Assembly: GCF_000143415.4 (NCBI RefSeq)
Contig: NW_003314330.1
Span: 372,001 to 436,000 of the forward strand
Origin: Selaginella moellendorffii
Taxonomy: Eukaryota > Plantae > Lycopodiophyta
Length of the DNA stretch: 64,000 nucleotides
Direction of reading: 5' to 3'
A program made the translations under genes and the position numbers. Positions 1 to 18,618 of the stretch are shown here, piece after piece. Position 1 is the first letter of the stretch; every line of letters begins with the position of its first letter. The notes below the pieces were generated by a model. That model had not been told where the DNA came from. It made no database searches and saw nothing but the letters and a program-made list of their open reading frames with translations.

Positions 1-857
1 CCAGACGCAAGGTTGACGAAGGTGGTGGCGTCGGCTTTGATCCCTTCGAGCATCATCGCGTGAAACATTGCCAGAGGATGGAGACGATCGAGCTGAGAGT
101 GCGCAGAGATCATCACGTTCCAGCTCACGACGTTCTTGCTTTGGATCCTTGCGAAGGCCAGGCGAGCTCGATCGAGATCCCGGCAGCGAGCATACATGTT
201 TACGATCGAGTTCCCGACCGCCACCGTACTCGCGTCCATCGCGCTCTCCATGGCCAGAGAATGGACCGCCCTCGCGTCTGTGGAGCTCTCCTGGAAGATC
301 GAGAGCACCGCGACGAGCGTGATGGCGTTTGGATGGATCCCGTCCAGCTGCATCCTCCGGAAGAGATCCAGCGCGTCGTGGGATCGGTTGGAGTGAGAGG
401 TGGCTGTGATGATCGCGTTCCAGGCGATGAGATCCTTGCGAGCGATGGCCGTGAAGGCGGCCTTTGCGCGATCAAGGCTGCCGCATCTGGCGAAAGTGGT
501 GAGGAGCGCGGTGCCAAGGACGGAGTCTCGGTGAAGGCCCAGATCGATGATCCACTGGTGGATGCGATCGCCCAGGTGGATGGAGTGGAGAGCTGTGCAG
601 GCTGAGAGGATCTCGACGAGGGTGATGCGATTGGGAGGGATTCCATCGGCTTGCATTTGCCGCAAGAGGGTGAATGCTGCAAGGGGGTCGTTGCTGCGAG
701 CGTAGGCTCCGATGAGGGCCGTGTACATTGCAACTGTGCTGGATGAGGGCAAGGGATCTGCGGCGTGGCGAGTGAGGAGGATGTGGCGGGCCTGAGAGAG
801 GTGGCCGCAGCGAAGGTGGGATTCGAATGTGAATGCCGGCCATGGCAGCTTGGGCAT
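1..857 (-). CDS. PLS-class pentatricopeptide repeat protein (5' part; runs off window start)
   Basis: Manual translation of the minus strand from ATG 857 gives MPKLPWPAF...MYTALIGAYARSND...DGIPPNRITLVEILSAC...KDLIAWNAII...KNVVSWNVMISAH...EGIKADATTFVNL, i.e. P-L-S repeats. It is absent from the ORF track because there is no stop in the window. Confidence 0.9.
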   Translation of the reverse strand, partial: MPKLPWPAFTFESHLRCGHLSQARHILLTRHAADPLPSSSTVAMYTALIGAYARSNDPLAAFTLLRQMQADGIPPNRITLVEILSACTALHSIHLGDRIHQWIIDLGLHRDSVLGTALLTTFARCGSLDRAKAAFTAIARKDLIAWNAIITATSHSNRSHDALDLFRRMQLDGIHPNAITLVAVLSIFQESSTDARAVHSLAMESAMDASTVAVGNSIVNMYARCRDLDRARLAFARIQSKNVVSWNVMISAHSQLDRLHPLAMFHAMMLEGIKADATTFVNLAS

Positions 858-2130
858 TTTGTTGTCGCTGCTTTCATCTTTTCAAGTCATCCATCTGATA
901 AAGCCCAACCTTAAGAAAAGGAAACACTTCAATTAGTCCTATCTATCTATTTATCTGTAATGCTGTTTTCATTGAGGCGAGCCATTTGTTACAAGTGGAT
1001 GTTAAAGTGATTTGTTAGTTTTCTATTCTTTCTATATTTACACTAAAAATATAAACTGTAGTTTCCATAAAATCTGTTAAAATTATAAAGCAAGTAACTA
1101 TCACTATTACACATATATTAAAAACTTACAATTACATATTTACTACCGTGATAAAGATGGTTGGTGAATGTAAATTAATATACTTTAAATGCAAAATATT
1201 AGATATTATAATATACTTCAAAGTTTATTTATGAATATTATATAAATTATATCCACTAAAAATCGGATATCAATTACTTTGTAAAAAGATTTATTTTTAT
1301 TTTGGTTTTTGCTTTTCTTAGTTATCACTGATGATTTGAACTTGAATTTGGGCTTTTGATAAGACCGTGCAAGCGAGGAGGACTGATTCTATAGCAATGA
1401 AAAAGGAGGAGCAAAGAATTCGAATCACTGTTTCCTACTGACGGCAGGACGATCCTTGTCTCTCCCAAATGTGTACAAAGAATATTTACAGTAGAAAGGG
1501 AGAAGACACTGTTTTTCTGTTTCTCAAAAGACCATTGCCGCTCATTTGCTTTCTTCAAATTGCTGTAATTGGCGTACCTTGTCTGATGTTGTGATATAAA
1601 GCTGAGTAAGCATTACGGCCATTAAGATGGCAACGAGCTCGTGCTCGACTATCGCTCAGCGTTCGCCTGTAAAAATTTTGAACTGGCCTCTCCAGGCCAT
1701 GATCCAAGAACATAAGCGTCCAAGCCGACTGCACTAGAGACATGTTTAGTCAGTTGTTATGAGGCATACAAAAAAAAACAGTGGAAGCTGACCAAAAACT
1801 TACGAAAGATGAAGCACAAGCAAGCAGAGCAAGGAAGCATTCAGGCTCTCCAACAAAAAAGAAAGGCGACCATGGAAACAAACTTTAGAAACGAAAGCAA
1901 ACAAAGAAGAGAAAGCTTACGGCGAATAGCAGCGAGCGCGAGGGAGTCCAGTCCCGAAAGCAGAGTGAGAACCGGAAGTAGGAACACATCCTTCATCGTC
2001 GAATTCTCCCACTACCATCCCCATCGTCACCACAACCCCTTCCACGTCTTCTCGCAAGTTCCCATCCGCATTGATAATATCCACCGCCCAGGGACTCTAT
2101 CTCACTTGTAAGTTCGTCTTTACTCTCTTC

Positions 2131-7717
<5,587 letters not shown>

Positions 7718-7720
7718 CGC

Positions 7721-7754
7721 TAAACCCTAATCTCTCTGTTTCTATAAACCCTAA
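7721..7754. promoter_or_regulatory. Telo-box motifs (AAACCCTA) adjacent to the NRPC1 start
   Basis: AAACCCTAA at ~7722 and ~7747; similar motifs lie near the starts of UBC (~25476), LYRM7 (~21192) and the membrane protein/Rab pair (~55455). Confidence 0.5.
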
Positions 7755-8129
7755 AAATCCACAAATTTAATTTCCAAATGCAATACTTTTGTCCTTCAAA
7801 TTAAACACAAGGTTATTACGGCTATTTAAGCTCGGAGTGAAGCAAAGTTTAACTCCATCGGGCCGGAAGTTGGCGAGGCCGAGAAGTTCGTAAAGACAAT
7901 GCCCGTTCGGCTAGGCGCTTGCATATTTTCTGGAACTTACATAACACAGTCAACTGGCGTTTTTTTTATGAAACGAAGCGCTATTGGAGTGAGCTAGATA
8001 AAAAGTTCCATACCTCTTCTCGTCAAAAATATTGATCGGCCTTGTGTGAGCTACTTGTACAAAACTTACGAAGCAATCCCTCTTGCTCGCTTATTCTTCG
8101 GGTTGTGCAACAATTTGAAAGGCGGATGG

Positions 8130-9772
<1,643 letters not shown>

Positions 9773-10353
9773 TTTGAGACCGTCCAGCGTCACGCACTGC
9801 AAGGCACTAGCTACTGCACCTGATCCCGAGTAAGAAATCCGTCACGACGAGCGCGAAATTTTACCTCTGCTCCCACAAACATCCCTGGATTACGCGATCG
9901 CGCAGAGAAGCAGCTCAAGATTTTCCCAGCGATCGAGAAATCTCCCAAGAACAGCGCCAGCGCCTCGCTACGACCTCCTCCCCATGGCCGTTCTTCCCAA
10001 ACCCTACTGGCGAGAGCATATTCGCTTGGCCTAAAGCAATTTTGGCCGTTACAGGCATCCACGTGGCGTCCACGTCACTAACCTAGAAATTAAGCTAGTT
10101 CCAAAGGTATCGTGGCACACTTTAAAGTTCCATCCATGTGGACACTCTGGCAAACGTTGTACTGGACGAATTTTTTTCTTTGGTCATTTTCATTTCTTTC
10201 GCCACACACTTGGGCAATCAAAAACTCTTGCAAACGAACCAACGATCAAAAGAAGAGAGAAGGAAAAAGAAGAGAAAGAATCGATCAATTCCAATCGTGC
10301 TATGGTACAATGCTGCCGCCGCCGCGATGCCCCTGGTTCTTCTTGCGAGATTT

Positions 10354-10706
10354 CTAGAAAAGATTGTAAGGGAAGGCGTCGAGCGGATGAATCAGGTATG
10401 TGAGGACGAGCGCTGCGAACATGAGCACGTACGCGATTCCTTGATCGATCGAGACCCCTGGAGAGAATAGCCCGTTAGATCGAATCTACATTGCCCAGAA
10501 CCGCAAAGATCTAGCAAGAAAGAGCGAGAAAGAGGGCCGGGGAGAGGAAATCTTGCAAAAACGCCTAGGTTTTCGCGATTTCGCGATTTCTTACCGTCGC
10601 TCTGTGGCGCTGGCGCCGGCGCTGGAGATTCTTGAGCTATGGCGACCGATCCGAGCAGTAGTAGCATCGCCGTGGCCAAGGCGGCGAGAAACCTCGACGC
10701 CTCCAT
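10354..10706 (-). CDS. Arabinogalactan peptide (AGP16/20/22/41-like, GPI-anchored), 2 exons
   Basis: Signal peptide, then QESPAPAPAPQSDG spliced to VSIDQGIAYVLMFAALVLTYLIHPLDAFPYNLF*, the conserved AG-peptide C-terminus. Confidence 0.9.
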
Positions 10707-10874
10707 CGCTACACCAAAAGAATGAACGTTCTCTAAATTATCCCTGGTCTTTAGTATGAATGACGGCTAAATGTACAAAGGTTAAAATTACCTCGCTGTT
10801 GTGGCCGTTGGATCCGGATCACACCCAAATGATTTCTGGCCGTTGGATGAAGAACAGCATTTTACAGGTTTTAT

Positions 10875-13800
10875 TTACAAAAGTTTTGACGATGTCAGTA
10901 GCAATTCTTGGAGCTTCTTCGCGTTTAGTGGCTTGCTGATGTAGCCATCCATCCCAGCAGCGATGCAGCGATCGCCATCGCCAAACATTGCGTGAGCGGT
11001 CATGGCGACGATGGGAGTGGAAGACATCCCTTTGTTCTTCTCCATCTCCCGGATCTTGGTGGTCGCTTGGAATCCATCGCAGATTGGCATTTGCACCTAG
11101 AGAGGTAGAAGATTAGAAGCTCGCCCTTGAAAGATCACGAGCAAAAGTTCTTACGTCCATCAGGATGAGATCAAACGTTTCTTGCGATGCTTTCTCGATT
11201 GCCTCGGCTCCATTGCACGCGATCACGGCCGAGTGACCCCACTTTCGAAGCAGTGATACGGCCACCCTTTGGTTGACGATGTTGTCCTCGGCTACTAAGA
11301 TCTTGAGGCTTTTGTGTTCCTCCGGAGAAGCCTCTAGCTTAGCCTGGCCGAGAGAAGCACGATCGAACGTAAAAGGAGAGTGGAAGAAAATCGAGAAACG
11401 TACTTGTTGCGAGTGCTCTATCCTTAGAGCGTCATTCTTGTGAATTCCAATAGCAGCTTGTAGTGTACGAATCAGCAAAGCACGCTTGATCGGCTTTGAT
11501 GTGTAGAGTTCCACGCCTAGATTCCGACACCTTCCATACGAGAAGAGTTTTTAGCTATTATTCCAGAAAATGGAAGTAAAAAACACTTACCTCTCACTGT
11601 CCGTGTGGTCGATCGAAGTAAGCATGATAATGGAAGGAACTTCTGTTGAGTCGACAAGCCGCGGCAGCTCCGAGGAGCCATTTTTCTCGAAGGCCTGCCT
11701 ATCGGTGTGGTGAGTTCCCGCTGGAAACTCCGGGTCGACTTCTTCGACTAGCATTTGGATTGTAGAAGAGCAGTTCCCAACGCTACCACCGCTTGACAAA
11801 TGCCTTTTGATCTCTTTGATCCGGCTTTTTCCTATCAGGCCGGGCCGCTCTTGCACGTAGTGAACTAGCTCTGCTGCTTTGCTTCCAGGCAGCCATAAAT
11901 CCACCAGTAGGACTTGAAATGGTTTCGAGTGGGAAGCAAGTTGCAAGGCATGTTTTGCATCTTCAACGGTGAGACTTGTTTCGACGATCATTCCCCAAGC
12001 CTGGAGACATGTAAGCATCGTAAATACACTTCGTAAACAAATTATCTAATTTACCTTGAGCATAGACACGAGGATTCCAAGGCTCGTGATGTGATCATCC
12101 ACCACCAAAGCCTTGATACCTTTCAAGCCATCGATCTTTGGAGACAAAGGAAGATCGCAAGAGGGTGGAATGTCAAAAGCAGCTGTGAAGTAAAATATGC
12201 TTCCTTTTCCTTCACTTTCCACCCACATTTTTCCTGCCATTGCCGCAGCAAGTTTGGAAGAGATAACTAAACCAAGTCCAGTCCCACCGTATAGCCTGCA
12301 GATAAAAAAAAAAGAAAAGAAATAAAACTGAAAATATCAGTTTTACTACGGCAAAAACCACCTTGTTGTGGACGAGTCCACTTGTGAAAAAGCTTGAAAC
12401 AACAACGATTGCTTTGCCTTTGGAATGCCAACACCTATGGAGCAAGCAGTACATGAATGTAAAACTCGTACTCTTGAAACAATAGAGGCTCACCAGTGTC
12501 TTTCACAGCGAAAATAAGTTCAACTCTATCAAGATAGATGTTGTGCACTTGAGCTGAAACCACAACTTCGCCTTTTTCAGTGAATTTGATACTATTACCT
12601 GTATAGAACGAGAAAAACATCTTTTGTAAAATAAAGAAAATGAAAAAAATAATAATTTACCTATCAAGTTCACAAATATTTGGAACAACCTCCCAGGATC
12701 TCCAATAAGTTGATCTGGAACGTCCAGGGCGGCCCTCCAAGCAATCTCAAGGCCTTTCTTATGTGCTCGAGCGGCCAGCACAGACACCGCATGCTCGAGC
12801 TGATCGTACAAAGAGAATTGTATCTCCTCCATCTCCAGCTTTCCAGCTTCGATCTTGCTGAAGTCGAGAATATCAGTGATGATTCTCAACAAATGCTTTG
12901 CCGAAAATCTAACCTGTTAGAATCTCAAAAGGTTAGTAAGCAGCAAGCGAAAGGTATAAGAACATACGAGATCCAAATACTCCTGTTGCTCCAGAGAAGT
13001 CCGTGTGTCTAAACAAAGCTCTGTGCAGTTGATGATACCGTTGAGAGGCGTTCGGATCTCATGAGACATGTTCGCCAGGAACTCGGACTTGGCCTTGTCC
13101 GCAGCAACGGCTGCATCTTTTGCCATTTGAAGCTCCACCTCAATTCGCTTGCGTTCGTCGATTTCCGAGGCAAGCTCGTCGTTTGCCCGTGCCAATGCTC
13201 TAGTTCTCTCGAACACCTGGAAACAGAAAGTCCATGTATCAGAGAGAGAGAGAGCGAGAGAGAGAGAGAGAGAGAAGTCAATGGTACCTTTTGTTCGAGT
13301 GTGGCATGGTGATTCGATATTTGGTCAGCCATGCTATTAAATATCACTTGTAGTTCATGGATCTCGTCACGAAACCAGACGCATCCAATGTTTACTCTCG
13401 CCCCCATGTCGCCTTCACCTAGAGCTGCCGCGACGCGTCCAAGCTCGATAATAGGAGAAGTAAATATCTTCAGCAATTGACAAACACGAATATTAACAAG
13501 GACTCTAGAGGAGAAAAACAAAAAGATACCTTTGCAACGCATAGAGAAGCTATAATCCCAAGTATTAGCGTTATGACGATCATAATGCTTATCACAATCT
13601 TTATATTGTCAACGGGAGCGTAAGCTTCTCGCGTGTCTACTTTCGCAAGTAGCACTGTAAAACAAAACAGAGTATAAAAACGAGGTGGTGGAACAAGGAA
13701 AAACAAACTTGTACACTGACCCCAATTTGAGTATCCCATTGGAGTATAGGCACATATCACCTTCACTCCTCTGTAGTCACGTTGGTGGAGCACTCCGGAT

Positions 13801-14926
13801 CGCTTTTGCATCACAGCGTCTAACGCTGTTTTCCAAGGCAAGCTTGTGACGTGCGGATTCATGCGTGGAGGCAGCACCAAATGAAAAGTTTTGTTGTTCA
13901 TTGGAACCCCGACGAGCAGTTCTCCAGACTTTTGCAGCCCGATCCTTTCATAAATGAGATCCGCAAGAGTTGTCGCATTGATCCTTGCAATCAGCATGCC
14001 AATCCGAGTGTCATTCTACACAAAGCCAAGCTGCAATCAAATGACAAATCACATTAAAAAACAAACTAGAGCACTCAAGAAACATGGAGCTCAAAAAGAA
14101 AAGTAAATGTGAGGGACGGGGTGAGAGACAAGTTCATAAAAGAAAACCACAGACAGGCGAGAAATCTAGGAAAAAGACGAAAGCTTACCATGTAAATCCC
14201 TTTGGAAATATTATAACTCCAGGTGTTGCCTTCAAGTATGGGAAGCTCGATGTGCACCGGACTTTTCATCTCGGGATTCTTAAACTGTAGTTTCTCCTCA
14301 AAAGTATCTTCAGTGGCGATCCGCAACTTTCCGCTCGCATCGAAGATGGCAGCACTCTTAAATTCGGAAATCGCCGAGATAGCCGACCGAAGATCATACT
14401 CCGCAGTGGCTTTGGAAACCTCTGACCGGTTTGCCAAATAATTGATAATCTGTATCCTCGAAGAAATCAAGACCATCTTGTCGATTTCACCGATGAAGTA
14501 GTCATCAACTTCCCCCCTTCTCAGAATCGATACGGCCACAAGACGCCTTTCAATCTCTTTCGAGAGCTGCTCTCGAGTCTTGAGCCATAAAACAGCAGCT
14601 AAAACTCCAGACGACAAAACAACCTGCGAAAAAACACCAAAGACTTTAGTCCAGAAGAGGAAAGAAAAAACGACCTCCTCTCAACAAGAGAAGCAACAGT
14701 GAAGTGATTGAAAGCTACTTACCAGAGTTCCAATGAAGACAGTGAGCTTAACCCAAATCGAAGACTTGAGACTCCTCCGTGGATAAGGATTCCGAGCCGA
14801 GCTCCTGGGATTGATTGAGTCGAGCTCCATCTCAGTAGCAACCGCCGACATGAATCTCTTCCCTTTAGATCCCGTCCATAGGAACTTTCGGAAATTCCTC
14901 CTCAGCGTTAACAAGCAAAAAGCCAT
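10875..14926 (-). CDS. Membrane hybrid histidine kinase (TM-dCache-like-TM-HAMP-HisKA-HATPase-REC-REC), multi-exon
   Basis: H-box [17 protein letters not shown]-box NLIGNSIKFT, G1 DTGVGI, G2 GGTGLGL, and two receivers ([17 protein letters not shown]; [18 protein letters not shown]). HAMP: [16 protein letters not shown]...[17 protein letters not shown]. Start codon uncertain (14926 or 14851). Confidence 0.92.
13241..13275 (+). repeat. (GA)n microsatellite within a histidine kinase intron
   Basis: agagagagagagagcgagagagagagagagagaga seen directly. Confidence 0.9.
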
Positions 14927-15538
14927 TTTTGCCCTGCCAGAGTATCTCTCAGCATCCGGCAAGCACCATAGGAGCTGCTCGTTAAAGAGCTCGAAACCTC
15001 GTTCTTCTCCATCACAAGGCCGGAAGATCGATGAAAAAAAAAACTCCGGAAAACTCCCACTTGCCAATTATCAAAGTATTAGATTGAACTCTTCCCAGCT
15101 ACATGAGCTCCACAGTTTGATAGCCGAGAACTGTGCCACCGACAACGACACCCTCGTTAGTTTCTCGCTTAGACCATTCTTTTGGTGAGAACGAAAGGAA
15201 AAAAACGATTAAAATGATATTTCTTTAGCATAGCGTGCTCCAATTATTGGAACTATGAACTTACCCGGTCGATCAGAGTGTGATCGTCGCTAGACAGCTA
15301 TAGCGAGAGTGTAACTTTTCACAAGATCAAAGAGATCAAAGAGCCCTAGAAAACAAATGTTAAACCAGGATCGAGGCCGGGCTACCAGAGATGGGTGCTC
15401 TCTAGCTAGAACTGGAAACTAAAGCCCTAACCACGTGGCAAATTCTAATTTCGCGCCAAAAGTCAAAATTATCCCTTGTCGCTGTCCAATGGGTGTTAGT
15501 CTAACACAGATTTTCTTAGGGGGTTTTTAGGGTTCTTG

Positions 15539-17834
15539 ATGGCCGCGTGTGGCGCATTCGAGTTCCAGGCCATCGTGGATCTCCCAAGGCGCCGGATTCA
15601 CAGGTGAGAAGCCGATTCCCAATGTAGATCGATCTCTGCGGCTAAAATGCGCGCCCAGGCCGCTCCAGCTGACCAAGTGGCGATCCGGGAGCGTGGCTCG
15701 GGCTTCTTCCCCAGGTATGATCGCAATCTCAATCTCTCAATCTTGAATCGGGCTCTTCAGCGCAAGCGCAGTTCCATGAGGCATGCAAAAGGGGGAACCT
15801 GGTACCTCTGTTCCAGCGGATATTTTCGGATCACCTGACTCCTGTGCTGGCTTATCGATGCCTGGTCAAGGAAGATGACAGGGAAGCGCCTAGCTTCTTG
15901 TTTGAATCCGTGGAGCATACAAACGGCGTCAGCAACGTCGTAAGTTTGGATTCTGGTGTCGGTATCGGTTCTAAAGCCTGGATTTTTTATTTTTTTTACC
16001 AGGGTCGCTACAGCATGGTAGGGGCGCAGCCTGCCATGGAAATTGTAGCTAAGGAAAATATGCTGACTATTATCAGCCACGAGGATGGATACGAAAACGA
16101 AAGGATAGTCAACGATCCAATGAAAGAACCGGAAGAGATCACCTCAGACTGGAGCCCAGTGCCAGTCGATGGTCTTCCAAATGTTTTCTGTGGTAAAGTT
16201 GCTAGCTATGTTTTGTGGAAGTCGGATTGACAGCGTTTTTCCAGGTGGCTGGGTCGGTTATTTCTCGTATGACACGGTGAGGTATTCCGAGAAGAAGAAG
16301 ATTCCGTTTGCTAGTGCACCCTTGGACGACAGGGGATTACCTGATATGCACTTGGGCCTCTACAAAGACGTCATCGTATTCGATCATGTTACAAAGGTGA
16401 GCTTTGTTGCAATCTTCCACTTTAATTGCTTTTCTTTTCAGATTGCGTATGCAGTTCACTGGGTCGACATCCGGAGATACGAGGATCCGAATACAGCTTT
16501 TCAGGACGGAAAGAAGCGATTGCAAGAACTTATCGATCGTGTTCAGAACACTGAAGTGTAAATATCCATCGTGTTAAGTGGTCGATGATCTCATCTTGAT
16601 GTGTTAAAGGTTCTGATGCTGCTTTTCTAGGCCGAGGCTTTCCCACGGAAATGTGAACCTGTCGGTTGGGCATTATGGGAATCGTGTCAACAAGTCTAAT
16701 ATGTCACTTGATCAGTTCAAGGGGGCCGTCTTAGCTGCTAAGGAGCACATACTTGCCGGTGACATATTCCAGATAGTATTGAGCCAGAGATTTGAGAGGA
16801 GAACCGCCGCGGATCCTTTTGACGTTTATCGAGCGTTGCGAATTGTCAATCCAAGCCCCTACATGATTTATCTGCAGGTTCGTGTCCAACTTTACGTCAA
16901 TTCAACGTGTTAACGTTCCGTGCAGGCAAGAGGCTCAATCCTGGTCGCATCAAGTCCCGAAATTCTCACACGCATCAAGCATGTAAGTCGTGGACGCTTT
17001 TTTCTGGTGGTTTGTTCTTATTTGAAGACTTTGCAGGGCAAGGTCATCAACCGACCTCTTGCGGGAACTCGAAGGAGAGGAGTTTCGGACGAGGAGGATA
17101 AGAAACTGGAGGAAAGCTTGCTAAAGGATGAGAAGGAATGTGCCGAGCATGTGATGCTGGTCGACCTTGGACGAAACGATGTCGGCAAGGTTCATATACT
17201 TCGCGTTGTTTTGTTTTCCTCCTGTTCTGATTTTGATTTTTAAGTGCGCAGGTTTCCAAGGCAGGATCCGTGCAGGTTGAAAAGTTTATGGAAGTCGAGC
17301 GCTACTCACATGTGATGCACATCAGCTCTACGGTATGGTCTCATCCTCGCTCTTTTTATATTTTCCACTTTCTGAATGCTCAGGTGACCGGAGAGTTACA
17401 AGAGGGACTCTCATCGTGGGACGCTCTTCGCGCAGCGCTACCGGTTGGAACAGTTAGCGGTGCTCCGAAGGTACTTATACAGGCAAATTGTGCTCTAATG
17501 GGCGCTTTGTTTTCACCATCAGGTGAGAGCCATGCAACTGATAGACGAGCTGGAAGTTGCTCGACGCGGGCCGTATAGTGGTGGCATCGGCTCAATATCT
17601 TTCAATGGAGACATGGACGTAGCACTTGCTCTTCGTACGATGGTGTTTCCCACAAGTTCCCAGGACAAGAATGGTTCTTGGTTAGCTCATCTTCAAGCGG
17701 GGGCCGGCGTTGTCGCTGATAGCATTCCGGACGAGGAGTACAACGAGACGGTAAACAAAGCAGCGGGTTTGGGACGAGCAATCGACCTTGCGGAGACAGC
17801 GTTTCCGGCCGAGAAGCTCATGGAGGTCTCATAA
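15539..17834 (+). CDS. ASA1: Anthranilate synthase alpha subunit (plastid), multi-exon
   Basis: [100 protein letters not shown]. The first exons (transit peptide) are inferred from a 15604-15658 intron. Confidence 0.95.
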
Positions 17835-18406
17835 AGCTATGTTCTCTCTCTCCTTTTTCTAACTTCCAGTGCGATAATACGACAATGTCCTGGAGAAAAA
17901 ATCAAACTTGGGGGTAAGCTTTTCCTTCGTCGTTTGTTCCTTTCACTTTTGGACTTTGTAGAGTGGAAGTCGAAAGCCATGGGATTACTTTTGGAAGGTT
18001 CCTTCTTAAAACGCATCAAGCAAGCGGCGCCGGAGAGAAACAAGCAAAAAAAAAACGCGAGAATCTCTTGTTTGAGGTGGACTGCACTAAGAACAATCGC
18101 GTGATCATTGATCCGGACTTGTGGGATTTTAAAAAGGCGTGGCCTTCATTGGAAATGCTTTTCTATGTTTTGTGCGTGGATCGATATCGTTGTGTTGTAG
18201 CAGTCGGGTTCACACTAGCCCAGTGCACACGGGGATATTCTCGGAGAACAGCTTTAAATCTGTAGGATATTCCCTCCAGACCTCACAGAGATTCGCTACC
18301 CAGTTATTCTTCCCGGATTTGATGAGAAAAATATTTGTTGTTTGTCATGATTTGGGGCGCTCGTACGGCGAGGCCGTTTCGACACCGAAACATCCGTGGG
18401 GCTGTC

Positions 18407-18618
18407 TGACACGTGTCACCATCCTGGCGGTTTACAGGCCTGGAATGCCCAGCGCCTTGGTATTATGCCGCGCACGCGTTTGGGCGCGCAGACTCCCGTT
18501 AACTGGTCGACACGTGGCAGGTCCCATGCCGTTGGATCTGCCGGATTTTAAATATCTCCGTCAGCTGACCTTGGCACCGTATGTGGCACTGGTAAGACCG
18601 TTCGATCCTGACACGTGG
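18407..18618 (+). promoter_or_regulatory. Cluster of three GACACGTG G-box/ABRE motifs upstream of the TIFY gene
   Basis: CACGTG at 18410, 18511 and 18612, each preceded by GA. Confidence 0.5.

Noticed and set aside
60-877. ORFs 60..605+, 200..877- and 472..843-
   Set aside because: Off-frame or antisense shadows of the PPR gene that starts at 857 in another minus frame.
10875-14926. Bacterial contamination as the source of the histidine kinase
   Set aside because: The gene has many spliceosomal introns of the same style as its neighbours and is flanked by plant genes.
15604-15627. 24-nt intron or frameshift at the ASA1 5' end
   Set aside because: A 55-nt intron (15604-15658) restores the frame with a typical intron size.
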